64,000 nt of DNA from Ptychomitrium polyphyllum (taxonomy: Eukaryota), in NCBI GenBank assembly GCA_973851085.1, contig OZ316776.1, forward strand, positions 1,922,001-1,986,000, written 5' to 3'. A program made the position numbers and the translations under genes. The notes beneath the pieces are model-generated. The model was not told where the DNA came from. It was given only the letters and a program-made list of their open reading frames with translations, and ran no database searches. Positions 1-13,820 of this stretch are shown one piece after another (positions within the stretch are counted from its first letter, which is position 1; each line of letters opens with the position of its first letter).

Positions 1-3000
1 AGATAAATTTGTCTGTACACAAACCATGTGGATCAACTAAGTGAACGCTGGTGTATCTACTTAAAAGCATATCGAGGAATGAAAGATCTGAGCTCATCAT
101 TGGTTTGGGTGTACAATCTGACAACATAGAACCCTACAAAAACTCCTACTGGTGCTAATAAACAGAACAAACTGTATACCACGTATCATTCAGATAAGCT
201 GTTAGGATACAATTCAGCACCTGGACAAACGTCTCGAACATAATAATGTCATTTCTTATGTCAATGCGACTCAAGTACCATCTTCAAAGTCCAAACTGCA
301 AATTTAACGTCTGAAGATCCCTCCACAACTTTTCTCCTATAAGAACTGGCTGATATAAAGATTCCCACATAGGAAAGAATGCAGTAATTCAAGGTACAAG
401 ATGAAGATTTACTCACTGAGAAAGTATCACTCATAAAATGAAGATCCACTCACTCGCAAGGACTACATTTAGGGTGGTTACCTTATACTTGACGGTCAAT
501 AAGCGGCTACCAGGGAGATCATCGGCAAGCCATTCTTCAGGCCAACACGTTCCTTCCTTTCCAGCATCCTCATCGATCTTTTCTACCAGCCCACTAGGAC
601 TGGTAGATGAAGTCTTGTCCTCAGCAATACGCCAAGTCCTATATGGGCCCCCCATTAAACCATGCACAAACACTACATCAAGTACTGGTTCATCGTCCTC
701 CTGCAGATGGACATAGCGTATGTAAGCAACCAGTTAAAGCCACCAATTAAAGCCATGAACAATCATCTTTAAGCAGATTTCAGGAAGTCATACTGATAAC
801 ATTGAGAATGCGCACATCTGACTATCACCTTCTCTGTGTAGCTTGTATCATGCTGAAATCCAACAACATGATCACCTAGATAGCTCCCACGACTTGCTCC
901 TATTTCTTGCTTGGACGATTGTGCACCCCAGTACATTTGATCAGAGTTCATCAAAAAAATGCAATCCTCATATCGTGGCCAAACTTCACTCACGCTATTC
1001 TCAGGAACCATGATAACACCTAAGTTAGGTCGCCCCTCACTTCCAGATGCTGACAACGCCAGCTCTTCCTTCATCATTGCCTTCACTTGGGAGACATGAT
1101 AAAGAACTGCCCGAGCGTGGCTGTGCACTTTGTTGTCGAAGTTATGTCCTAGAGCACAAGATTCTAACCATGCATGCCACTCTAGATCCTTCGCTATTGT
1201 GATGCAAGCTGATGGATGCAAGGACAAATTAGCCAGCAGACGCATAGAATGCTTCTGAATATGGGCTGTCAGGCGGGATATGGGTTCTATCCCAGGCGTG
1301 ACTGCTGGTGGTTTGTCCTGTTGTCCTCCATTAGCAGTCTGGTTGGCAGCATTTTGTTTAAGAGCAGCCTCTTCTTCCGCAGCCGCCCATTGATCAAAAT
1401 CATCACAAAGTAAAAGACGCCTTAAAAGGCACAAACCTCCAGCTTCTAAGACTCGTTGTCTTCCAACCTGTTTTAGTAATTCAAACTTAGCAGGCTTTCC
1501 AGCATTAAAAATTGACGAATCACACCCTTGATGTAGTTAAGGAACTTGAGCTGATAATGATATAACAGTGCCACAGAATTTGACAAACCTGATCCTCTGC
1601 TATCAACTCTGTCAAGGCTTTGACAGCTTTCAAAGTAGAGCTTGCGGCCTCACGAGCTGTGACCTTTGGTGGGCTATCTTTGGGATGCTCTGCTGCAGGA
1701 GACAAGTCAAAGCCTAGCAAGTCCACCATTGGCAATTCCCGTGCACTTTCAGCAACACCTTTACCAGTCAATTCCGTGGCTGCTGAGGCTTCAGCCTCAC
1801 GGGCAACCACTTTTGCAATGTCAGCTGCAGCAGCTGTTGCCAGACGAACTCGTTCAGTCTGCGATTTAGCCACAATCACGTACCTCAACAAATATCCACA
1901 GCTTGCGCTTATGTTCTTACACAAACGTAGAATAAATTTGATTTTGGCAACTGATACGAATTGCTTACCACACAAGAAGAAACATACCTGGACAAGCCCC
2001 CTTTCCTTAGCTTCAGCAATTGATGTTCCTTTCGTTCTTCCAAGCTTTGGTTTGCTCTCGTCTACAATATCCATAAGAAGCATAGCCAACCAAGCTTGCG
2101 ATATAGGAATCCCAACTTGCCCTAAGCTGTTCACCACACGGTTCAAGACACGGCAGCCACAAGATCTTGCCAGACTATCTCGATTGTGAATGCATACCCA
2201 TCTTAAAAGAATAGGCGACCATCTTTTGCCCTCATCTACGGAGAGCCCAGAACCCGAACTTGTCAAGACATCAAGACTCTGGGCAAGCGCTCCCTGTACA
2301 CTTTCGTCTCTCTCTGTCAGCTTGGCAAGTTCTCGTAGCATTGGAAGCCCCTCATCCATCACTGACGTACGAGCACCTGCAGTAGAAAAAAACAGCAAGT
2401 TCCAGCATTCAGAAATTTTATCGTTGAAAAATTGCATTAACACAAGGGCAAGACAACGCATAGCTCAAACACAGTCGTCTATAAGATTGGCTCAGCCTTG
2501 CCCCTCATGACTACAGTCCACATCTCAAACAAAAATTGTGATTATAAATAAACAACCACATAGCTCAAGATGCAAAGAATTTCCACATCATCAATTAAGA
2601 GCTAAGTTAGTCAACGTACTATGGCTCTGAGAGACACAAGCTGCAAAGGAGGTCAAGGCTGAGGATGCCAGTTGCATGTCTTTGTAAGTGGTAGCTTGAG
2701 ATGCCATCTCTAGAAGTGCTGAACTCCACCGAGCAGCTACTCCATCATAATCCTTGTCCAAATTCTGCAACAAGTACTTCATAGCCATGGCACCATGCCA
2801 CCTCACTGATCTCTCTGGTGCAACTACGGCAGCCAGCAAGGCATCACCTTCCTTATCAATGCCCTTAATAGTCGACCGGTTTTCACTAGAAGACTGTGCC
2901 CACGTCGCAAGCGCCCAGGCTGCCAGAGGCACGGCCACAAACCTACCTGGGAGATCATCCCACAGGCCATAGCTACTGCTCAAACTGTCACTGCTCGGAT

Positions 3001-5354
3001 TCCTACGAATGCTAGAAGCATTGCCCGCGGAATTAAGAGGCTGAAATTCTCTGTTCTCCCTATGAGACCAACCCAAATGAGTTGTTAGAGGCTGCTTTCG
3101 AGGCCATAAACTAGCCGTAAACGATTCCATAATCTTGTCAAAATAGTTGAAAGGTAGTAGTTGGCGAAGATTGGCAGCCATTCTTTGAACACCAACAATT
3201 TCTATTCCTCCGAGCACTCGGATCCCAAGTCCTTGCATGCCGCTTTTGTCATTGCCATCTTTATCTCCAGACCCTTCATCATCATCCACCACCCATCCAC
3301 CTTCCACCACCTGCAAAACAGCAGCCACGTCTGCAGGATCTGCTTTCCCTGTGTAAAAAAGCATGGTATTTTAGAATAAGAAGTTTAATAAGCTCATTTG
3401 GCATGCTCAATACATTAAAAGTATGAGCTTGGAATCAATATCATACCTGGAAGCATAGGTCGAAAGCAAGAGCCTGAATCCCCAGTCTCACAACTTGAAG
3501 TAACGAGATCCATAATGGCTGCTACAAGCAAACTCTTTCCTCTGCTTACCCCACGCCCTCCCGGAGTACCTTGGTCTTTTCTTCCTGAACTTAAGCTCTA
3601 AAATTATCCATTGTAAGCTGCACTTGTATCAGTAATAAACGAAATTGCAGCTGGAAAGATATAGCTTGTCTGAGCAAAGAAGAACAAGGTCGGCATCATC
3701 AATAATGACACTCACGATACAAAGCCAAAACAAATGACAAGGAAACTTGTGAAGACGGAAAATCGGAGCTGAACACACCTCAACAGCATCGTTCACATGT
3801 ATAGAGGCTGCAAAATGAAGCAGGTAAGGCAGAGCATGTGGCCTGCCTAAAACACTCTCAGACGTGTTCACGTCTGACAAAAGGTAAGCAAGAGCTCTCG
3901 ATGCCTCTGCCTGCGTAAACTGACAAGCTGGTCTGCAACACAAAGCTAAGGTCAAGCATGGTGGTTACAATTAATACCGTATGCTGTGGGGCTTGACTAC
4001 AATAACACTGTTTTCTGCAAGGGGTGGGAAAATTTATGCACCATACTTCACTGAAATGATCAATTGAAACAGCAAAATTGTACTATGGCCACAAATTACA
4101 AATTGAAATAAACACATAAAAAAGGTAAGACTTGAGAAACTCAATGCCAATATCCACAGCTTTGTAAAATTTATAAGACGTTATCGTGTCCATCTTCACC
4201 AGTCAGTAAATGATGCAAAAAGAATATAGAATACTGCACCTAGAACCGCCAACTGCCTTCAGTAGCCAGTCCAGCACCAAACCATCTGCAGATTCCACGA
4301 TGGCCCTCCTCCGAGTTTCATGTGCAGCCAAATCTGTCGCAACATATCGATTCCCTTAAAAGTTAGGTCTGTCAACACCGCAATGAACTGTAGTAACAAT
4401 CATATGAACTAAAACTACACACTGCCATCATCCAAGCACAATCTACTTAGCCCTAGTATTCTCCATCGGTCAGCTGCATCGGTACACACTACGGTACATA
4501 CTCGTATAAGCTCATACCATCTTCAAAATCAACTTGTGGAGCTTTCGTAGCTGCCAAACTGGGTGATAATTCTTGACAACCATGATGCGGAACAAGCAAA
4601 AACATCATGACACAGGATAAATGATTACAATTCCCCGGTTGAAATAGATGAAAATGAAGGTTACAATCGACGGACATGAACCTAGAGAAGAAAAAGTACC
4701 CGCTAAGAAGAATGCAACACGAGGTCGCCACCAAGACGCCACCTCGGACGACGCATTGTCCACAGATGACGCAAGGACCGTGGATATGCATCGAGCCAAC
4801 ACCCAGATTGATGCAATCGCTTCCACGAAATCCACAAACGACCGGACCGACGCGTCTTTCACATTCCCAGCCATTTTCAACAATTCCCGACCAATCCCGG
4901 CACCTGAAGTCAACACAGCTGAAGAACTCGATTTCACCCGCGCCTTGGCATCCGGGACCGCACTGACCGCATCGGTAGACGCTGCAATCACGCCCAACAG
5001 CGCAATTGTACCTGCCCCTGCCATCAAAAACACCCTACTCCTCACAAACAACCCCCGGTCCCCTTTCGACGATTCTGGGGATTCTGGAAATCCAGGCAAG
5101 TCCTTCCTGGGCAATCCTCCATTCTGCACCGGCTGCGAATGCGAAGCGGGCGTCAACCCAGCTTCTGAAGAGTACCCTTGCTGCCCCGTTCTCCTAAACC
5201 CTAACCCTGCTTCATCCCGGAACAGCTCCCTTTCTCGAACTAAACCCCACTCCCGGCCGTCAAACCTCCCCAAAAGCACACAACCCTCCCCCCGGGGCGC
5301 ACTCCTCCTCAACTGCACCCACACCTGCCGACGCACTCGCATACATGTGAGCAT
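1..5354 (-). CDS. SERAC1-like alpha/beta hydrolase with ARM-like repeats; multi-exon, 3' end beyond the left edge
   Basis: ATG at 5354 (MLTCMRVRRQ). GT-AG exons include 5354-4700, 4333-4240 (DLAAHETRRRAIVESADGLVLDWLL), 3932-3779 (QAEASRALAYLLSD), 3597-3448 (SLLVAAIMDLVTS), exons with GLWDDL/VAVPLAAWALA and LCLLRRLLLCDD, then DVVFVHGLMGGPYRTWRI...CWPEEWLADDLPGSRLLTVKYK ending at 482, and an exon starting at 12 (TNLS) that leaves the window. Confidence 0.85.
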
Positions 5355-5579
5355 TTGACCCCCCTCCACGCTCTCAAAAACTCCTTTTCACTCCAAAACT
5401 CCCTCCTTTCTCCTCCACATCGCTAGCTTCAATCGCAACTCAGCCGTCCAGGCTCCACCTCAATACAAACCATCAAAACAGGAGGAGCTCTCCTCTCCGA
5501 TCCTCCAAAACACCTAATGATTGTGCATCGACGAATACTTACAACTCTCCCTTCTCCATCAAAGTGTCTTCTTTCCTCC

Positions 5580-5636
5580 TACTCTCTCTATCTCTCTCTC
5601 TCACTCTCTCTCTCTCTGTGTCTCTCTGTCTCTCTG
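5580..5636. repeat. Imperfect (CT)n/(GA)n microsatellite upstream of the SERAC1-like gene
   Basis: ctctctctatctctctctctcactctctctctctctgtgtctctctgtctctct read directly. Confidence 0.9.
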
Positions 5637-8600
5637 TGCAGACCAGTCGCACCTCAATTGTCCTCCACCTCGATCCAAAGAGTCTCTCCAATCCTGTGGT
5701 ATGTGTGAGCGCTCGCTTAATGAAGATCATGCAATCATGGGATTCATAATCTCAACGCCATCATATTGTCACGTGCATGGAGTGCTCATGCAGTCATCCA
5801 CCACGATCAAGCTTCGAAATGAGTGCAAGGGCGAGAAGTCGATCCCAAAGTGAGAGATTTGGGAAACAAAAATTTGGCGACCAAGATGTCGGATCAAGAC
5901 AACGCATATTCGAGTATTGGCTGTTCTTTTGGTGCTTCGGCGGTTGTTCGCTTGAGTGCTCAGCTGGCGTCGCGGGTGAGAGCGAACGGGAGCCTGACAC
6001 GTGTGGGGGCGAGGGGTGGAGCGGCGGCTGATGTGGCAGAGAGGATGGGAATGCCACGGGGGGGGGGGTTGACGTCGGAAATGCGAGAGGTGGGCTTTGG
6101 GGCCGACGTGGCGCGCAGGCTGTGATTGGGTGCGGGGAGTGGGGTTCGATTGGTTGGGCGGTGGGTAGTTACTAGCGTGGGGATGTCGTACAGGTGATGA
6201 TGAGAGTGCCGTATCTGATTGATTTATGGATCGGCTTTGGGGCGGGGCATTGGGCCAAGCACATCATGAGGAGTGGGTTGGATAGGAACTGAAGTAGCGT
6301 CGTTCATCTCCTTTGAGAATTCCCTTGAACTTCTCTGCATGTTCGTTTCTTGTGCATGACTGTAAGCCTCGGTGCCATGACCAGGCCGAACACTCTGTTT
6401 TTTTATCGTTACGGCTCTTTGTCATACGACGTGTCAAACAAACACCCTCCGAGCAAGAGCACGAGGTAAGTGAACTCTCACAACGAGGTAAGAGGACAAA
6501 CTATCTTCGTAATACAGAAGTAATGTTATAGCTAAAGGTAGGTTTTGTATTTAAATGTTTTTGAAGTGGATTCAAGTATTAAAGTTATTGGTCCTAAGAA
6601 ACAAAAAATTATATATAAAATAATAATAAAAAAATCTTGAAAAACTATTAATCATCTACTTATAAAAAATGGGCTAATTTTCATTCAAGTATTTCAACAT
6701 AATAAATATTAGCAGATTCCAAAACCAAAATGAACCTTATTAAATATTTATTTCGAATTTTAGAACCCTAACTTCTATTTATGATAATTTTAAAATAGGA
6801 ATTATTTTGAATCAAAAAAACACAGTAATATTTTAGAATAGTTAGCTTCTTATTATATTTCAATCTAAAATATATAGGATGTTCAATGGTCCATTGAGAA
6901 TTTACAGTTATTTTAAAGCTGCATGGAAATGTTTTGGACAAGAATAGTGTAAAGTAAAGTCAATAAAATCTTCATAGAAATTCATACATATTCATGCCGA
7001 AAACTAATATCAGACATTAGGAAGATGACAAAAAATACAAGCAACTTTTACGCCAAGACTTAGCTTGTTGTTGAAGAAATGAGAACTCAATGCTTTGGCT
7101 CATTACTTGGTTTGTTAAGACTCAACAAGTTGTTCTAAGGAGTAAGTGCAAAATACCAAAGATCACCATCTTACTTGCAAAGATTCAAAATGACATAATT
7201 AAGTGCAAGTACAAGACAAGAATGCATGCCGCTTTACATGCCAATTGGTTGTTTTAAAATGTAATGATATTTTAGCCAATTATCTTGCAAAGGTCACATA
7301 GGGGCCAATTTGCATTTGTTCTTTTTGTAGAGGCCAGTAGTTTAAAAAATTAAGCAAGATGCTTAGTTGCAACATTCTTTTATAATCCAGCAAATTGCAA
7401 GAATTTCTAAATGTTGTCTTTTTAATTCCTTTAGCAACTAATGACCTCATCATTTATAGAATGTGCTACACAATTATGAAGAAATGAGATGTCTTGGCTT
7501 TATGATTTTCAATAGTATCTAAAATCTAATTGTACATCCATCTATTGTACATTTGATTTGCTTCAAAAATTGCCTATTACATCTCGCCATATATTTTAAT
7601 AAATTTGACTAGTCAATAAACTAGAAGGGCAAATAAGAACAAAGGGAACAACCCTAAACATTTTGGTCACTATTGACACAACTATTTTGTCACATTTACA
7701 ACATATTTTATCAAGATGATGTCATCCATCTTTGTCTTGTAAGGCAAATAGCAAAATTTAACATAAGGACTAAATGAGATGGACAAAGAATTAAAACATA
7801 ATATTTTTTACATTTATCAATAATAATAGTGATACATAATACACATTTAAACATCTATGTAAGAATTCTAAAGCCAAGATATGAATAGTTATATTCTTTA
7901 ACTATGTTTGTTTAAATCCTAATAAATCATAAAGGTAAGATTTCCAAAATATATAAAAGTATAATGTATGTAAATTCTTAATACATTAATTTTACTAAGA
8001 TAATAATGAACTTTTTTAGAAAAAAATTAAATTTTGAATTTCATTTTATGCACAAATAAATATTAAAAACAAAAAAAAACTAAAATTCTATTGTCATTTT
8101 TATACAAATATAAATTTGAAATTAAAAATGTTTTTTAATTTACTATTACATTGATTGATCCAGATCAATCAAATCATTAACAATTGAGCAATGTTCAAAC
8201 TACATATGTTATTATACATGCTAAAAAATAATACACCCACATTTTCAAGATTTATGCAAAAATACTGTTTGTAATGTAACAATGATGTTAAAAATTAGCA
8301 GTATAGCTCCATAAAAATGAAAACACGTTCTTTTGAAATTTTTCTTTTGAAAAAAGAAAATTCCAAAAAAAAAATAAAGGATTTTGTAGTATTTTGGAGA
8401 ATCATAATCAGCTAAAAAGTAAATGGGATTTAATATGTTGAAATGCAAATCATAATTACATACATTTTTTAACATCATACTATACATGTGATAGTATACA
8501 CATGTATCCTTTCTTAGTATAGTTTCTTTCTAAAGTTCATTAAAACTTTACAATTTAAAATGATGTGTTATAAACATCTATTTAAAACATTACTTAAGTA

Positions 8601-11600
8601 AATATCATTATACGTATTTTGTAGATCCTATTTTATAAAGTAAATCTATACAATAAGATTTGTGCTTCATATGTTTTAATTGCTTTTTAAGACTTAAAAA
8701 TCAGAATTCTTTTACAATTATCATTATGTCAACATTCTTTTTATGGAATTTAAAAGAATCTCTACATTAAAAGCTTTTAAAACTTATGTTCATCAATGTT
8801 ATAAATTTTATTTTTCAATCATTTTAAATTAAAATAGTAATATTATAGATAAAACTATTTTTATATTTTATTCTTTTTACAATATTAATATGTGTTTATT
8901 CCAAAAATCCAAATTGCTTATATGTTGATCAAATAATCCAAAAACAAAAAAATTACAATGGAAGAAAATAATAGTTAATAAAGAATTAACTTAAATTCCT
9001 AATTCATTTAGAATTTGGATGCACAATTATTAGATTAATTGTTTATTCTTTATATTTATTATATTTTTCTGCAAAAGATTTTTGATGTGTAAGTATAAAG
9101 TCTTGTAGACATTGAAAAATAATTAGAAGTACATTAGATGTGGCTAAGTAAAGCAACCACGCTTTTAATTAAAATGTTGGTTAAATCCAAATGAAAACCT
9201 AAGTGTGATGTTGATAGATCCAGATTTTATGGCAAAATGGCTTTTATCCTAAAGTTGATTGATAAGGGAGAGGTGCCAAATTAAGGGTCTTGGTAGTAAC
9301 AGGTGAAGCACATTAAAGAATTTAAAACATAGGGAAGTGTTAAAAAACCTTGCATGCACTTAGGTATGTTTAATGTAAATCTTCTAAAGTAAAATGCATT
9401 CAATCTTTAGAAAAGTTGAAGAGCATTAGAAACATGGATAAAATCCACCTTAAAGTAAGATATTTCTAACAAAATCATTAACTTGTAGACTTGCTTGTGC
9501 AAATAGAATGACAAGGCAACTTAAAAGAGCTACGCAGTAGCACTAAAAGATTGTTATATTTGTTAATACCATTAAAAAGAATTGCTATTCTTTTTAATAA
9601 AATAAATATTCAAACATAGATCCATGAGCTATATAATATTTTTAATATTATGAGTTAAGGTAATTTTTATGATTGTATTTTAACATAGACTAGATTTTTA
9701 TTAAAAAAAATTCTTGATGCTTTCAATTATAAAGATGGCATGCAGATTTTATTTCAATTATTCAAAAAACATTACCCCATTTAAATTTTCTTATATTTTA
9801 TCAAACATTAAGTTTATTTTTATCATAGAATTTATTCAATAGAATTTTATTATTCAAAAAATAATCATAAAATGACATTATATGATTTGGTTTTGTTTTT
9901 TAGATAAATGATCATACAACACCATTCTAGAAGAATATATGATATTACTTTTAAATACAATATAACATTTTAGAACTAATTATAGGAATACTTCCATTGA
10001 AACTTGCAATATTTATTCAAATCTTCATTTGTTGAACTATTTTGTCAAGCACTAGCTCTAAATGTTATAAATGCCTAATTTTAAAATAAAATTTTATAAG
10101 GTTCATACAATAAATTCTAATTTATTTTCAACAAAACATGCAATGTCATTTTATTTTTATTATGCAATTTTTCACCATAAGTTATCTAATTACAAAGATT
10201 ATTGTAGTGCTTTAGAAATAACATATTTTTATTGTTATATGACATCCTATAAAGCAATAATATATGGATTATATATTACCATTAAATGTAGTCCAATTAT
10301 TTTTATATTACATCAATTTTAATTTTAATATTAATTTATATGGAGCAGATTTAATTTACAAATGGTATGTAATACTTGTTACCAAATTGCTCAACTTGCT
10401 CCAAATTAAATATAGACAACTTTCATAACATTGTCAAAAATAAATTCCAACTGAATTCCAATTGAATCAATGAGGCATTTTATATTCATAACAATTTTGA
10501 AGTAGTGTACCCATAACCTTTTGGCTTACTAACAAGATATTTTTCTTACATTATTTTATCTTTTTCTCTAGGAAGTCATGCTTATTTCTTCGTTGCTACA
10601 CATGCACTTACTTCACTTTGATGGTTTTCATTAAGTTTTTCATCTCTTAATTCAATAAGTTTTTATGCCATCCAAGGATTATTCTTAACAAGGATTCATA
10701 AATTTAGAACGAGCTCGTTTAATCGAGGAATTTCTGTAACGATACATTTAAAGTAAGATTAATTACTACATGACATTAAATGCCATTTTTAGCGTGGTAT
10801 TCATTTACCACCCTTTATATTGGGATGGGAAGCAGATTTTCAAAACGGCATCAGGGAATCTTTCATCCAAATTCTACATGTGAAGTGCTGAAGCCCTGGA
10901 ACTCACTGGCTTGCAAGGTGGAGTGCAAGAGCAGGTGCAATCATTTGCTTCCCATTTACAGGCCCTGCAAAAAGGGATGCACAGCTAATAATATGAACTG
11001 ACAAAATATTCAGGGGCATAATTAAATTCCTACAAATATGAGAACGCTTCTCATTGGGTCAAAAAGTTGTTGTCCAATTAGTTCCTGACACCAAATGAGG
11101 TTCCCCGGTCTTCATTAACATTGCTCTGTCCCCCTTTTCTAGAACAGACCCCATATATGTACAGACCTCACTACCCAGAGGTACTCTCCCCAAATCAAGT
11201 GATAAATTTCCACCACTGTAAGGTTATTCCTCATAATCCTTCCAAGTTTGAATGTATAGAACCATTATGCAGCTCAAGTTTTAAAAGAGCATGAGTTTGC
11301 TCTATTTGTACAAGGTATTGAAAGAAATAGAAGTCACTGTGAAGTTTTGAGCTGGAAATTGTTTTTTGATTCAAAATGGAACAAAGCCTCAACTCTGTAC
11401 CATTCTTGTTTTGCAACTGAGACCACTCCAGGCATCACATGCTCACTCTGCATTACCAACTATATACTTGAATCTAAGTCCCTTTCAACTGTCCTGAATG
11501 ACATTTTCATTTTTTTCATCACTAATGTCATTCAAAGGAGTATGGAAAAGTCACTATTTTAACTCTCTTCTTCAAAGTCTAAATCTTACACATTCATCAA

Positions 11601-13655
11601 TATTTGCAAGTTTAACCCCTTCATAGCTGAGCCCAAAATCAGTTTCACTAGTATATTATTTCTAAGTTTGGCACCCCATGCAGGAAAAAATTCCCTTTGA
11701 GCCAAAGTAAAAAAGCCAAGCTTTTAACACATTTTATCTCATGCAATTACAAGTATTTGGTTGATAAGATAGATGTTTTAGTACCAAGGAGAATACGAAA
11801 TTTTAGCAATGTTTTTGAAAAATGATGATTTATTTGACACTCAAAGCAAATATGAAAAAATTATAATAAAATAACAAAGTTAATAAAACATAGTTTCTTT
11901 TTCAACAATCTTCTTTGAACCATAGGCTATTATAAGAGTTCTATATACATGCCTTACATAACAACACAAATGTAATGCTTGATTTAAATAATAATCATTA
12001 ATAATTGTGGATAGTTGCCTCAAAATTTTCCATTGCCTGAAATAAACTTTGAACCAATTATCAAATTTATTGAACTTACGTGTTAAAATAATAGATTTTT
12101 TATCTTGCCACGTAGGCACAATATTTGCTAAATATCCTTCAATATTAAAAGTATCAATAAAAATAGGAACACTAAGCATTCAATGGTTTATTTAAACTTG
12201 TAGTACCACTTATATTCTAAACTCAAAGCACTTGACAATTCGTACAAAAAGTATTTAAGAAATTATTCATGAAATATTTGTTAATACTTGATTTTCATAA
12301 TTTTCTTAATCTTATGAATTTGATCACAAACAATTATACACACCATATTTTAGCAAGGTCAAGTTTGGCAGAACTTTACTAAAAGTAATTGACCAGAGCA
12401 CATGGAAAAGCGTTTCTGACAAATGAAATTTCCCAAGAAAAACAGATTTCAAGGAGTATTTACTATAACAGATCCTGTTCTCAGAAAAATATTAGTTCTT
12501 CTACATAGAAATGCCAAATGTGACCCCTGCATATGGTATCCACGTTGATTATGTGAATTTCTAGCATGTGGTTGGCTATCACATGATATGTGATATGAAT
12601 GTACTGATAGGATATGCTAGAGTTATAAGCAGCAAGTCTATGGACGAATGAATGGTAATTGGCTATATTATATCGACAGATTCTGCTTTAAAATGCCAGT
12701 ACTATGTGGATGTATGCATGTGACAATATACTTGAGCTGCACACCCACTATTATGAGCTCAAAATTTTGATGATTCCTAAAGAATCAACCATAATAGTTT
12801 TATAGTTGCAGAAAAGAGTTCAAGATGAACAATGCACCTGATCAGTGGACTGGATCATTCCCTTCCATGATTGTAACAAGATACAGTATTCCATGATGGA
12901 AGAACTTACAGTGTGATACATGATTATTGTAGCAGTAAATTTTAGGGGGTTGTATAACTATTATCTCAACCCTCACTTGCATAACTTTAAAAGTGGTTGT
13001 TGTGCTATCACAATATCACATGGAACATATGAACTTACCCGTGGTACACATTATTCTGTCTACATTTTATATATGAAATTCAGAGATCTGGATGCTCTGT
13101 GAAGATGTACCATTTTGACAATGAATACACAAGAACCAGATCAGTAGCTTCCTAGTAGTAAGAATTCTTTGATGGAGGCAAGGAACTATATGAAGTGCCC
13201 CCATATCTAAGAAAAACATGTAAGAAGATTTTGGATAGGACATTGTTACAAGTCCATGATGGGATATGGACCAATTGTGGCAGATGCAGCAACAATGTAC
13301 CATACCTGGCGCGTCCCTCATGCCCAACGTATTGCAGACTGTTCTCATTCCTATGATTTTAGGACGTAGCATAGATTCCCTGTTACAGAGGCTAGTGACT
13401 GAATATTATGGCCACTCTTCATCAGACCAGAGCACTACAATTTTATTATGATTGATATGTTCTGGGCTGTTGGTCCAACCATGCAACTTGTGGTGCAGAT
13501 CCCTTGGAATTTTTGTAAGTTTCCATCTTTTGAGCATTTAACTGAAATTTCTTTGAAATTCAATATTTGTTACACAGTAGTTTCAATACTTGTGAAACAG
13601 TCAACTTACAGTTCCCTTTTTAAGAACTTCTCAACAATACCAAGAACATTCCATC

Positions 13656-13820
13656 GGCCTTTTGTTTGGACAATTTAGGATATTCTCAGAAAAAACAATA
13701 AACAAATAAAAATAAACTCTCTCCCTTACCAAGATCATTCCACTGGCCTTATGGTTTGGACAATTTAGAATATTATCAAAATTTTAAAAACAAATCAAGA
13801 CAAACTCTCTACCTTACTCT
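13656..13820. repeat. Degenerate ~88-bp direct duplication
   Basis: ggcctt..gtttggacaatttag..tatt..ca......aaactctct.ccttac occurs at ~13656 and ~13745. Confidence 0.7.

Noticed and set aside
4648..5358. 236-aa plus-strand ORF (and 1620-2189)
   Set aside because: Antisense shadows of SERAC1-like exons.
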